Below, in pieces: positions 36,450-45,801 of a DNA stretch of 64,000 bases. Each line of letters opens with the position of its first letter. Positions within the stretch are counted from its first letter, which is position 1. The notes beneath the pieces were generated by a model. The model did no database searches. It was not told the DNA's origin and saw nothing but the letters and a program-made list of their open reading frames with translations. Source of the DNA: an uncultured Clostridia bacterium (lineage in GTDB: Bacteria > Bacillota > Clostridia > Christensenellales > UBA1242); the NCBI GenBank assembly GCA_934757865.1, contig CAKVLS010000002.1:102973-166972 (forward strand). Direction: 5' to 3'. The translations under genes were made by a program, and so were the position numbers.

Positions 36450-36905
36450 ATGGATATCCAAACTCTACTACCTCTACTCCAAAAGTTTCTTCCTATGCTA
36501 AATGGCATGCAGTCGCAAGAGCCTCCACTATCGCAAAATCAAATAGCAGCTACGCAAAGTCAAAATGCTTATAACCAAAATATCAGCGAAACTGCAAGTT
36601 TGTACCCTAATAGTTACATAGATAGCCCAGCGGCTGCACCCCCTCAAAGTCAGCCCTCGTTTCAAAATACTAGCTACCCAACGAGTGCCAATTCTACATT
36701 CAATCAAGGAGCTCAAACTGGCAATATGCTAAGCCAAATAACCTCTCTACTCTCATCAGGTGGCGGAGCTAATGGACTTATGAACTTGCTCAGTAAGTCA
36801 AATGGCGGAGATATGCTAAGCGTGCTATCTTCTTTGACAAGTGGTAAAAAAAATAACTCGCAAATATGCGAGTTAAAATGTGTTAATGATTATACCTTTG
36901 ATTAG
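36450..36905 (+). CDS. Q/S/N/P-rich low-complexity hypothetical protein (151 aa)
   Basis: ATG 36450 after AAAGGAG (the ORF-track start at 36336 lacks an SD). MDIQTLLPLLQKFLP... followed by Q/S/N-rich sequence and 'GGGANGLMNLLSKSNGGDMLSVLSSL'. Confidence 0.45.
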   Translation: MDIQTLLPLLQKFLPMLNGMQSQEPPLSQNQIAATQSQNAYNQNISETASLYPNSYIDSPAAAPPQSQPSFQNTSYPTSANSTFNQGAQTGNMLSQITSLLSSGGGANGLMNLLSKSNGGDMLSVLSSLTSGKKNNSQICELKCVNDYTFD

Positions 36906-37007
36906 TAAAACACTTATAATAAGTCACTTATCATACTAAGACTTTTAGCTGATATTTTTAGCAACTAGTTAATTTTTTTAGTAACTAAAACTAACTATAA
37001 TTAAGCA

Positions 37008-37652
37008 TTACTTAACTATTACGCCGTCTTTTAGTTTGATTACTCTTGCGTTAAGTAGTTCGGCAAGTTTTGGGTCACAGGTAGCAAATAGCAAAGTTGT
37101 ACCATTTTTCAAAAATACTTTTTTGATAGTATTAAGTAGCATTTTGTCGTCTTTTTCGTCAAACTCTTCGAAGATATTGTCCACAAGCAAAAGCTCAAGT
37201 TTTCTATAGCTTAGTCTTGCGATAGATACAATGTATCTTTCTAGCAAGGTCAAATCTTTTACAATAACATCTTTTAACTTTTCGATTTTGAAGTCAATAA
37301 GCATCTTGTTGATGATATTCTCTTGCTCTTGTTCAGGAACTTTACGAACTTTTAGGACATATTTTAGATTGTCATAGACAGATTTGTTTTCAAAAAAACT
37401 ACCCTTATATGGTATATATCCTATAGAAATGTCGTTTTGAGTGTCTAGTTTCGAAACGGCAATATTTTTTATATATATCTCGCCGCTAGTTAACTTTTCA
37501 AGGCCAGCGCAAAGTCTAATAAGGCATGACTTACCGCTATCTTTTGGTCCAACTAGAGCCACAACTTCGCCTTTTTTGACATCAAAAGATACATTCTTTA
37601 TGGCACAAAATTCTTTTGTATATTTTAGTGTTGCATTAGAAATAGTTATCAT
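37008..37652 (-). CDS. ABC-type ATPase-like protein with degenerate motifs, no partner permease nearby
   Basis: Walker A 'GPKDSGKS'. At the signature position the sequence is 'LTLLER' instead of LSGGQ. Walker B is 'LLLVDNIFEEFD' (N where the catalytic E normally follows D). Confidence 0.6.
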   Translation of the reverse strand: MITISNATLKYTKEFCAIKNVSFDVKKGEVVALVGPKDSGKSCLIRLCAGLEKLTSGEIYIKNIAVSKLDTQNDISIGYIPYKGSFFENKSVYDNLKYVLKVRKVPEQEQENIINKMLIDFKIEKLKDVIVKDLTLLERYIVSIARLSYRKLELLLVDNIFEEFDEKDDKMLLNTIKKVFLKNGTTLLFATCDPKLAELLNARVIKLKDGVIVK

Positions 37653-37779
37653 AATTTCACCTACCTTGTTAGTTTACTACATTTTGGCAAAATCACAAAG
37701 CGGAATAAGTTACATTTTGGAATTTTTATACAAAAAAATTATTGTCGAAAAATTTCTTCTCAAAAATTTCCCAAATCGT

Positions 37780-37808
37780 TTGGTAAAATCACATTTTGCC
37801 TTTATAAT
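37780..37808 (+). promoter_or_regulatory. sigma-A-type promoter of the SPT-like gene
   Basis: TTGGTA (37780-37785), 17 nt, TATAAT (37803-37808); the ATG lies 34 nt downstream after AAGGAGA. Confidence 0.5.
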
Positions 37809-37841
37809 GATTTATGACTTTAATTTTTTAAGGAGAAAGAA

Positions 37842-39029
37842 ATGGATTTATTTCAAAAATGCAAAGACTACACTATAGCAAAAGAATATATGCAAAAAGG
37901 TGTTTATCCATATTTCCATGCGCTTGACACAAGACAAGATGCAGAGGTTGTAATGGACGGCACTCATGTTATAATGCTAGGTTCTAACAACTACCTAGGA
38001 CTAACAACTAATCAAGAAGTTATTGACGCCGGCAAAGAGGCTCTTGACAAATTTGGTTCAGGATGCTCTGGCTCAAGATTCTTGAACGGAACACTAAAAC
38101 AACACATAAAACTAGAAAAAGACCTTGCTGAATTTGTACACAAAGAAGCAGCTCTTACCTTCTCTACTGGTTTCCAAAGCAACTTAGCAATCATCAGCTG
38201 CATAGCTGGTAGAAATGATGTAATCATCGGAGACAAAGAAAATCACGCATCTATATATGATGCATGCAGACTAAGCTATGCTAAGCTTTTGAGATACGAG
38301 CACAGCGATATGCAAGACTTAGAAAGACAACTAGCATCTGTACCTAGTGACAAAGGTATACTTATTGTAACAGACGGCGTATTTAGTATGGGTGGCGACC
38401 TATGCAAGCTACCAGAGATAGTTGCCCTAGCTAAAAAGTACGGCGCTCGTATAATGATAGATGACGCTCACGGCTTTGGCGTATTTGGCGAAGGCGGTAG
38501 AGGCACAGCATCACACTTTGGCTTAGAGGACGAAGTAGATATTATTATGAGCACATTCTCAAAAAGCCTTGCTTCTCTAGGCGGATTTATGGCTGCATCA
38601 GAAGAAGTTTGTCACTTTGTTCAACACAATTCTAGACCTTTTATCTTCTCTGCAAGCCTTCCACCTGCAAATGTTGCATGTGCACAAGCCGCTCTTGATG
38701 TAATCAAAAAAGAGCCACAAAGAGTTCAAAGAGTACTAGACATCGCAGACTATGCTCGTAAAAAATACAAAGAGCTAGGCATTGACATAAGAGATAGCGT
38801 AGCACCAATCATACCTATCAACACTTATGACGATGTTACTACATTTAAGATTTGTATGGAGCTATTTGATGCCGGCGTATATGTTAACCCAGTAGTTAGC
38901 CCAGCAGCACCTGCAGGCGGTGCTATGATAAGGACAAGCTATATGGCAACTCTTAATGAGGAGCAAATAGACAGAGCCGCAGAAATCATTGCTAGCGTTA
39001 TGAAAAAACACAATTTGCTTTTGAAGTAA
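37842..39029 (+). CDS. alpha-oxoamine synthase, serine palmitoyltransferase-like
   Basis: 'GSNNYLGL', 'AGKEALDKFGSGCSGSRFLNGTL', 'FSTGFQSNLAIIS..AG..D.II.D...HASIYD', PLP-Lys 'STFSKSLASLGGF', 'RPFIFSASLPPANVA'. These strings are much closer to my memory of Sphingomonas/Bacteroides SPT than to E. coli KBL or BioF. Confidence 0.8.
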   Translation: MDLFQKCKDYTIAKEYMQKGVYPYFHALDTRQDAEVVMDGTHVIMLGSNNYLGLTTNQEVIDAGKEALDKFGSGCSGSRFLNGTLKQHIKLEKDLAEFVHKEAALTFSTGFQSNLAIISCIAGRNDVIIGDKENHASIYDACRLSYAKLLRYEHSDMQDLERQLASVPSDKGILIVTDGVFSMGGDLCKLPEIVALAKKYGARIMIDDAHGFGVFGEGGRGTASHFGLEDEVDIIMSTFSKSLASLGGFMAASEEVCHFVQHNSRPFIFSASLPPANVACAQAALDVIKKEPQRVQRVLDIADYARKKYKELGIDIRDSVAPIIPINTYDDVTTFKICMELFDAGVYVNPVVSPAAPAGGAMIRTSYMATLNEEQIDRAAEIIASVMKKHNLLLK

Positions 39030-39047
39030 TCCAAATTAAATAAATAT

Positions 39048-39074
39048 AAAGCACCGAAAAATCGGTGCTTTTTT
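39048..39074 (+). terminator. rho-independent terminator after the SPT-like gene
   Basis: AAGCACCGA-aaaa-TCGGTGCTT followed by TTTTT. Confidence 0.75.
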
Positions 39075-39389
39075 GTTAACATTTTTAAGTTCCTTTTTTA
39101 GCCTTATCTATTTTACTATTTTCATACCTATCTTTACTATTTTTCTATTTATGCTCTTTTTCATTTTCATAAGTTTAACAAAAAATTCTATTTTTGCAAA
39201 ATGCTATCAAGATAAGACAACTCTAACATGATATTTTGTCATAAAAGTTTTACTCTCTTATAGCAAAAAGTTTCAAATGTCAGCCCAAATATAAACTATA
39301 TACATAATATTAACTATATTTTTGGGCAAAAACTCTAATTATGTAATTTTTTGTTTTATTATATTTTTTTGTTGTGCTATACTCCTTAT

Positions 39390-41576
39390 ATGGAAAGTAT
39401 AAAAAAGCAAGATACCGAAGCACGCAATAATATACTTAATGGCAATATCGTCAAGACTATGCTTGGCATAATATTGCCACTTTTTGCTTATGCGATGCTG
39501 GACAAAGTCTATACTTTATTTGACACCTTTGTTATCACAATAAGCAACAAAGGCACTGCTAATGGTATAGCTTATCTTGGCGAAATAAAAAACTTAATTA
39601 ACTGTGTCGGCTGGGCAACAATCACTGCCATGGTAACACTTGTCAGTCAGTCAATCGGCGCTAAGGACACCAAAAAAGCTAACAAATATCTTGCATCTAC
39701 ATTTTGGGCAATGTGCGCTCTTAGTGCTATTATCATATTCGTGTTTATAGGTTTTGGGCAACCAATACTTACACTAATGAACACCCCAAAAGAAATAATT
39801 GATTCTTCTTATGGCTACTACATAGTGACTGTATTTTCTATAATCATAGGATTTTTTAACTCGCTATACACCGGTATTGAAAAAGCCAAAGGCAGAACAA
39901 CCAACATGCTATATGTCAACATGGGCGTTATCGCTATCAAAATGATACTTAGCTCAGTGCTTGCATTTAGTGGAATACCTAATGTAACAAATACGCATTT
40001 TGCATGGGCAACAATCATCGCCCAAAGTTTCATGCTAATATTTGCTTTTAAGACACTTTTTGGCAAAAAGCAAACTTATAGAGTGCAAAAAGGTGCTTTT
40101 GACGGCAATTTGTTAAAGCTAGTTATCAAGATTGCCCTTCCACTTTTCCTTGGAAGTTTTGTATTTTATGGTACTAAAATATTCATCAACTCTAAACTTT
40201 CTGAATACTACGGCACATCATTTGTTACTATCTGGAACTTACTAGCACTTATTTGTAGTTTTACTGAGACATTTTCGACAGCGGTTAGAAATACCACAAA
40301 CACTATGACCGCCCAAAATTATGGCTCGGGCAACTACTCTAGAGTCAAAAAAATATATACTTGCGGACTTATAATCTCTATAGCCCAGTGCCTACTTGTT
40401 CTTACTGTTTTGACTATTTTCAAAGAGCCTATTATACGCTTCATAACTCGTGGCAATAGTGAAAATTATAAACTTCTACTACTATTCTTCACTATCCAGA
40501 GATATGACTACATAACAATAGCCGCCAACGAGACAACTCTTGGAGCAATAGGAGGCCTAGGCAGGACTAACGCAAACTTCATAAATCAAACTTTGCGTAC
40601 ACTTGTTTGCCGTGTTCCTACTCTATTTATCTATCATGATGTTTTGAAGTTAGGCATAGAGGCTGTACCTCTACTACCTACTATAACTAATATTTTACCT
40701 CTTGTTGTCATTGTTATTTGGGAACTTATGCTTCTTAAAAACATTGAGCATTTGCCACCACCAAAGGCCACCGAAGAAAAAGTTTCTCCAAGCAAGTTCT
40801 TGCAAGAATACCGCAAAGACAAAGAAAAAGTCTTGGTATTTGACTGCGATGGAACTTTGGTCAATAGCAAAGGCAAACTTACTGACAAGACATACAAAGC
40901 GCTAGTTAAAGCAAATAAAAAGCACAAAATTATTATCGCCACCGGCAGAGCTTTATGCGAGACACTTCCTATATTTAACGGGCGACCTGTCGTGTGCGAC
41001 TATATGCTATGCTGTGACGGTGCGATAATCTATGATATAAAAAACAACACTGTTATAAACTATAACGAAATACCTCGAGATTGGTTAAAGAATATTATCA
41101 AAAAAGCCCGCAAATATGGAATAAAAAATGTATTCTACTTCGTAGCTGATGGCAAGATGATAACAACTGATGACAAGTTATCAAAAATGCCAAAGAAGCC
41201 TATCGTAAAATTTAACATTTATTTTAACGATTACGACCATGTATCGCCTTTTGTTGCTTATCTAAAAAACAACTATATATCTCTTGATACTATTAGTATG
41301 AAGGACTCCTTCTCTCCTAAGTGCTGGGTAGCAGGTGTATATCGTGGCATAAGCAAAGGCGAAAGACTAGAAAAACTATTAACCCTAATAGGCAAAACTC
41401 CAGATGACGCAATAGCCTTTGGGGATTCGGTCAATGACATAACGATGTTCAAGACCTGTCACGCTGGCGTTGCGATGGATAATGCAGAACCTAGTCTAAA
41501 AGAAATAGCCACCTACACAACTAAGAGTTATGACGAAGATGGCGTAGCATTCTTCATTAACAAATATTTAATCTAA
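39390..41576 (+). CDS. fusion protein: MATE-like (MOP superfamily) 12-TM transporter + C-terminal Cof-type HAD phosphatase
   Basis: N-terminal ~460 aa are polytopic with a MatE-like pattern ('TMLGIILPLF...', 'LVSQSIGAKD..KA'). From ~40839 the HAD motifs appear: 'VLVFDCDGTL', 'IIIATGRA', 'FGDSVNDITMF', 'AMDNA'. Start is uncertain: ATG 39390 (MESIKKQ) is preferred over the ORF-track TTG at 39351. Confidence 0.75.
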   Translation: MESIKKQDTEARNNILNGNIVKTMLGIILPLFAYAMLDKVYTLFDTFVITISNKGTANGIAYLGEIKNLINCVGWATITAMVTLVSQSIGAKDTKKANKYLASTFWAMCALSAIIIFVFIGFGQPILTLMNTPKEIIDSSYGYYIVTVFSIIIGFFNSLYTGIEKAKGRTTNMLYVNMGVIAIKMILSSVLAFSGIPNVTNTHFAWATIIAQSFMLIFAFKTLFGKKQTYRVQKGAFDGNLLKLVIKIALPLFLGSFVFYGTKIFINSKLSEYYGTSFVTIWNLLALICSFTETFSTAVRNTTNTMTAQNYGSGNYSRVKKIYTCGLIISIAQCLLVLTVLTIFKEPIIRFITRGNSENYKLLLLFFTIQRYDYITIAANETTLGAIGGLGRTNANFINQTLRTLVCRVPTLFIYHDVLKLGIEAVPLLPTITNILPLVVIVIWELMLLKNIEHLPPPKATEEKVSPSKFLQEYRKDKEKVLVFDCDGTLVNSKGKLTDKTYKALVKANKKHKIIIATGRALCETLPIFNGRPVVCDYMLCCDGAIIYDIKNNTVINYNEIPRDWLKNIIKKARKYGIKNVFYFVADGKMITTDDKLSKMPKKPIVKFNIYFNDYDHVSPFVAYLKNNYISLDTISMKDSFSPKCWVAGVYRGISKGERLEKLLTLIGKTPDDAIAFGDSVNDITMFKTCHAGVAMDNAEPSLKEIATYTTKSYDEDGVAFFINKYLI

Positions 41577-41588
41577 AGGAAACGAAAT

Positions 41589-42161
41589 ATGGCAAGTCTA
41601 GTAGTACATTATGCAATAGCAAAAGAATATGCAAAATATAATCAAATAGACAATTTTGAAGAGTTTTTGGAAGGTAGTTTATATCCAGACACTGTCGAGA
41701 AATCCGCTTCTCACTTCTCTGTCAAGTATTATAGCAAAGACCCAATAGCTATCTTCACCGGCAAGGTAAACCTAAAGGCCTTTACCGAAAAGTATTCGCT
41801 AGATAGCGACTTTAATAGGGGTTACTTCTTGCATCTACTAACAGACTATGTCTTTTACCATGAGTATTATGTCGAAAAGATTCTAAAAGGCGGATTATCT
41901 AAATTTAGAGATTATGAACTAGACAAAGAATACGACAAACTTAACCGCCCTATCTGCGAAAAGTACGAGCTTGATATATCAGTTATTCCAGAAAATTTGA
42001 GAAAGTTTTTTAACTTTGAACCGGGCAATCCACCTAAATATATCGTTGTGTCAGATGTAGTTGACATAATAGACTACTGCAAAAACCTAAACATTGACGA
42101 GTGGTATGAAAAAGCCGAATACGGCGTTAATCCCGAGTACAAGATTAAAAACTTTGACTAA
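41589..42161 (+). CDS. hypothetical soluble protein; weak resemblance to small Zn-dependent phospholipase-C-like hydrolases
   Basis: Starts 12 nt after the transporter-HAD stop, with an AAAGGAAA SD (same operon). The N-terminal 'VVHYAIAKEY' and the 'FLHLLTDYVFY' His/Asp contexts recall that family. This is a weak by-eye call. Confidence 0.3.
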   Translation: MASLVVHYAIAKEYAKYNQIDNFEEFLEGSLYPDTVEKSASHFSVKYYSKDPIAIFTGKVNLKAFTEKYSLDSDFNRGYFLHLLTDYVFYHEYYVEKILKGGLSKFRDYELDKEYDKLNRPICEKYELDISVIPENLRKFFNFEPGNPPKYIVVSDVVDIIDYCKNLNIDEWYEKAEYGVNPEYKIKNFD

Positions 42162-42182
42162 AAGAAAATTTGATTAGAAAAC

Positions 42183-42213
42183 AAAAAAACACCAAATAAT
42201 TGGTGTTTTTTTG
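42183..42213. terminator. bidirectional rho-independent terminator
   Basis: AACACCAA-ataa-TTGGTGTT with A-run and T-run flanks, between convergent genes. Confidence 0.75.
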
Positions 42214-42238
42214 TTATTTAGTTTTAGTTTATCTACTA

Positions 42239-42769
42239 TTAGCAGATAGCCTCAATTACGCCGTAGTTGCCATCATTTCTCTTGTATACAACATTGACAT
42301 TATTAGTTTCACGATTTAGGAATACATAGAAATTATTGTCAATGTTCTCTAATGCTGTGATAGCATCTTCAACAGATATTGGCTCTAGTTCGAAGGTCTT
42401 TGTTCTAACCAAATGTTTCTCTTCGACAGCAGGCTTTTCATCAAAGTAAATAAATCCTGCCTCAAAGTCAGCGCCTTTTCTAAATTTAGCTCTATTTTTC
42501 TCAGCTGATTTTACGATTTGTCTCTCAACTTTGGCAAGGGCTAGGTCGATGTTTACATACATATTTTCGTCTTTTACTTCGGCTCTGTAGAACATACCTT
42601 TTGACCTAATGTTAAGCTCTAGCTTGCACAATCTACCCTCTTGCTTACATACTACTGATACTGTTGCATCGTCATCTAGGTATTTTTCTAGCTTTTCTAC
42701 CTTTTTCTCAATGATAGTTTGTAGTTTGTTTGAGACTGTGTAGTTTTTTGAAGAAATATCAATTTTCAT
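42239..42769 (-). CDS. hpf: ribosome hibernation promoting factor (long HPF)
   Basis: 'MKIDISSKNYTVSNKLQTIIEKKVEKLEKYL' S30AE N-domain plus a C-terminal dimerisation domain ('FELEPISVEDAI..LE....FYVFLN.ET..VNVVYKR.DG.YGVIE'). Confidence 0.9.
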   Translation of the reverse strand: MKIDISSKNYTVSNKLQTIIEKKVEKLEKYLDDDATVSVVCKQEGRLCKLELNIRSKGMFYRAEVKDENMYVNIDLALAKVERQIVKSAEKNRAKFRKGADFEAGFIYFDEKPAVEEKHLVRTKTFELEPISVEDAITALENIDNNFYVFLNRETNNVNVVYKRNDGNYGVIEAIC

Positions 42770-42844
42770 ATTGGTTTACCTCCTATTGATTTTCTAAATA
42801 TATTATACCATTTATTTGTTTTTTATAAAAGCGTTTTGAGCCTT

Positions 42845-45298
42845 TTAGCCAGCATTTTTGAAAACAAGTTTTAGACCATCACTATCAACAATTACTGCCT
42901 TGCCATCTAGGTCTCCCGATAGCATATAGTCCGCAAGTCTATCTTCTATCTCTTGCTGTATAAGTCTCTTAAGAGGTCTAGCGCCGTACTCTGGATTTGT
43001 GCCTTTGGCAACGATATATCTTAGAGCACTTTCGGTAAACTTGATATCAATATTGCGAGATTTTAATCTCTTGTTTAGGCTAGAAAGCATTAGTTTAGCA
43101 ATCTTTGTTAAGTCATTTTCGCTTAGGCTATGGAAGACTGTTATAACGTCTATACGGTTAAGAAGCTCGGGCTTGAACTTGCGTCTTACAGCTGTCATAA
43201 TTATTTCTTTCATTTGTTCGTAGTCAGGGTTGTCTTCTCTCATATCCATATTAGAGAAACCTAAACTTGTGCTTCTTGCTCTAAGCTCACTAATACCGCA
43301 GTTGCTAGTCATTATTATTATTGTGTTTTTGAAGTTAACAACTCTACCTTGGCTATCCGTCAATCTTCCGTCATCTAACACTTGAAGCAAAATATTAAAT
43401 ACATCTGGGTGAGCCTTTTCTATCTCGTCAAATAGCACAACTGAGTATGGCTTGCGTCTTACAGCCTCTGTTAGCTGTCCACCATCATCGTGTCCAACAT
43501 ATCCCGGTGGAGCTCCTATTAGTCTTGCGACAGAGTGACTTTCCATGTACTCACTCATATCAATTCTTACGATATTATTCTCATTATCAAACATTGCCTC
43601 GGCAAGAGCTTTGCAAAGTTCTGTCTTACCAACACCTGATTGTCCCAAGAACAAAAACGAGCCAATTGGGCGTTTGCCGTCATGTAACCCCACTCTAGAG
43701 CGTCTTATTGCCTTGCAGACGGCAGTAACTGCCTCTTCTTGACCAATTACCCTCTTGTGAAGTATGTCCTCTAGGTGAAGTAATCTTTCCTTCTCGCTCT
43801 CTGTTATTTTGCTAACAGGCACGCCTGTCCACTTAGCTACAACCTCCGCAACATCGTTACCATTTATCTCAGGCTCGGTTAAAGATTTTGAAAGTTTGAT
43901 AGAATCTTCTTCTTTTTCTATCTCACTTGTTAACTTTACAAGTTCAAGTCTTAGCTTATCAGCCTTAGCATAGTTTCTTTGCATTTGAGCTTCTTTTAGC
44001 TCGTTATTAAGTGACAAGCACTTCATTTTTTTGCTATTAAGATTATCAGGGATTGTGCTGCTAGCAACTCTTGCTCTACTGCTTGCTTCGTCTATAAGGT
44101 CAATAGCTTTGTCCGGCAAACTTCTATCCATAATGTATCTATCCGAAAGTCTAGCCGCAGCCTCTATTGCCTCGTCAGTTATTTTGACTTTGTGGAAAGC
44201 CTCATAACTATCTCTTATACCTTTCAAAATTTCTATAGTGTTATCTACACTTGGTGGGTTAACCATGATAGGTTGGAATCTACGCTCCAAAGCTTTGTCT
44301 TTTTCGATAAACTTTCTATACTCATCAGTAGTTGTCGCACCGATTGTTTGAAGCTCTCCACGAGCAAGATAAGGTTTTAACATGTCCGAAGGACTAATAT
44401 CTCCCTTCTCGCTACCCGACTGAGCAAGTGTGTGTATCTCGTCTATAAATACAATAATATTTTTATTTTCTATTATAGTTTCGATTGCGTCTTTTAGCCT
44501 TTTTTCTAACTCGCCTCTATACTTAGTGCCAGCCATAAGTGATGCAATATCTAAACTATAAATTATCTTATCTCTTAGAAGCTGTGGAACTCTACCTTTA
44601 ACTATCGCCTGTGCTAGTCCCTCAACAACTGCTGTCTTACCAACACCCGGCTCACCTATAAGTATAGGGTTATTTTTTGTCTTACGGCAAAGTATCTCAA
44701 TAATTCTTTCTGTCTCTTCATCTCTACCGATGATAGGATCCATTTTGCCTTTGCGGGCCTTGGCGGTAAGGTCATAGCCTAGTTCAATTAAGTTGTCCGG
44801 AAGAGTCTTCTCTTGCGTTTCTTGCTCTTCGATATTATCAAAGTTTTCGCTACCGCCGGCGTTTTTCATCTCTTCGTATAAGTTATTGCGAACGCTCTCA
44901 ATATCTACCTTAAAATATGTAGAAAGTATTCTATCCGCATAACAATCATCGCTAAAAAGTGTCGCAAGCAAAATATGCTCTGCCGATACAAAGTTATGTT
45001 CAAGTCTTACAGACAAATTTTGTGCAATGCTAATGATATTTTTGCTAACTGGCGAAAGTTCCATTTGGTTAGAGGTCATAAAATAATGACTTGCGTTCTG
45101 CATAAATAGTGAATACAACTTCTCTTTTGTTACGCCTAGGTCTTTCAATTTTTTGCTAGCAAGCGAAGTTGTAACACCAAGTAGTCCATACAAAATATGT
45201 TCGCTACCTATTTGGTTAGTGCCGAGTTTGATAGCTATTTCGCTAGCTATTTTGATAGTTTTGTCCGCACTCTCGGTAAATTTGATGCTATTGTTCAT
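42845..45298 (-). CDS. clpC: ATP-dependent Clp protease ATP-binding subunit ClpC
   Basis: Clp_N repeats, two AAA+ modules (Walker A 'GEPGVGKT' and 'GQSGVGKT'), and a UVR-like linker. Directly follows ctsR with an 11-nt overlap. Confidence 0.9.
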   Translation of the reverse strand: MNNSIKFTESADKTIKIASEIAIKLGTNQIGSEHILYGLLGVTTSLASKKLKDLGVTKEKLYSLFMQNASHYFMTSNQMELSPVSKNIISIAQNLSVRLEHNFVSAEHILLATLFSDDCYADRILSTYFKVDIESVRNNLYEEMKNAGGSENFDNIEEQETQEKTLPDNLIELGYDLTAKARKGKMDPIIGRDEETERIIEILCRKTKNNPILIGEPGVGKTAVVEGLAQAIVKGRVPQLLRDKIIYSLDIASLMAGTKYRGELEKRLKDAIETIIENKNIIVFIDEIHTLAQSGSEKGDISPSDMLKPYLARGELQTIGATTTDEYRKFIEKDKALERRFQPIMVNPPSVDNTIEILKGIRDSYEAFHKVKITDEAIEAAARLSDRYIMDRSLPDKAIDLIDEASSRARVASSTIPDNLNSKKMKCLSLNNELKEAQMQRNYAKADKLRLELVKLTSEIEKEEDSIKLSKSLTEPEINGNDVAEVVAKWTGVPVSKITESEKERLLHLEDILHKRVIGQEEAVTAVCKAIRRSRVGLHDGKRPIGSFLFLGQSGVGKTELCKALAEAMFDNENNIVRIDMSEYMESHSVARLIGAPPGYVGHDDGGQLTEAVRRKPYSVVLFDEIEKAHPDVFNILLQVLDDGRLTDSQGRVVNFKNTIIIMTSNCGISELRARSTSLGFSNMDMREDNPDYEQMKEIIMTAVRRKFKPELLNRIDVITVFHSLSENDLTKIAKLMLSSLNKRLKSRNIDIKFTESALRYIVAKGTNPEYGARPLKRLIQQEIEDRLADYMLSGDLDGKAVIVDSDGLKLVFKNAG

Positions 45299-45761
45299 TA
45301 TTTTTCCCTCCGTTTTTTATTATTCCCACAAAAGTATTTTTAAGTATTTTTGCTCTAAGGTCGTCCTCTAAGTTAATAGGCATACTAAGTGATTCGTGAC
45401 TTATTGCAAGCCTCAAAGTATCCGCACTCTCCTTACCCAAAAAGCCTTTTTTGACCAAGTCATCTAGCATATATACGCTATCTTTGTAATTTATAGGATT
45501 AGATAGTCTATTGTTAATCAAATTCATCATATAATCATCAGTCGTCTCGAGCTTGCTAATATTAACAAAGCCCCCACCGCCACGCTGACTGGTGATAACA
45601 AAACCTCTACTAATATTAAACCTTGTAGACAAAACATAATTGATCTGGCTAGGCGAACATCTAAAATACTCCGCCAAATCATTGCGTGAAAAATCAAGGC
45701 TCTCAGAATCCGCCATAGTACTTAATATAAACTGCTCTATCATGTCGCTAATATTCTGCAC
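45288..45761 (-). CDS. ctsR: class III stress-gene repressor CtsR
   Basis: 'ISDMIEQFIL......L.F.RN.LAEYF.C.PSQINYVLSTRF....GF...SQRGGGG' is the hallmark CtsR N-terminus with the glycine loop. Confidence 0.9.
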   Translation of the reverse strand: MQNISDMIEQFILSTMADSESLDFSRNDLAEYFRCSPSQINYVLSTRFNISRGFVITSQRGGGGFVNISKLETTDDYMMNLINNRLSNPINYKDSVYMLDDLVKKGFLGKESADTLRLAISHESLSMPINLEDDLRAKILKNTFVGIIKNGGKNNEQ

Positions 45762-45801
45762 TTGATTCTCCTTTTTACTTGTTCTGCCTACTTTTCAATA
45801 G

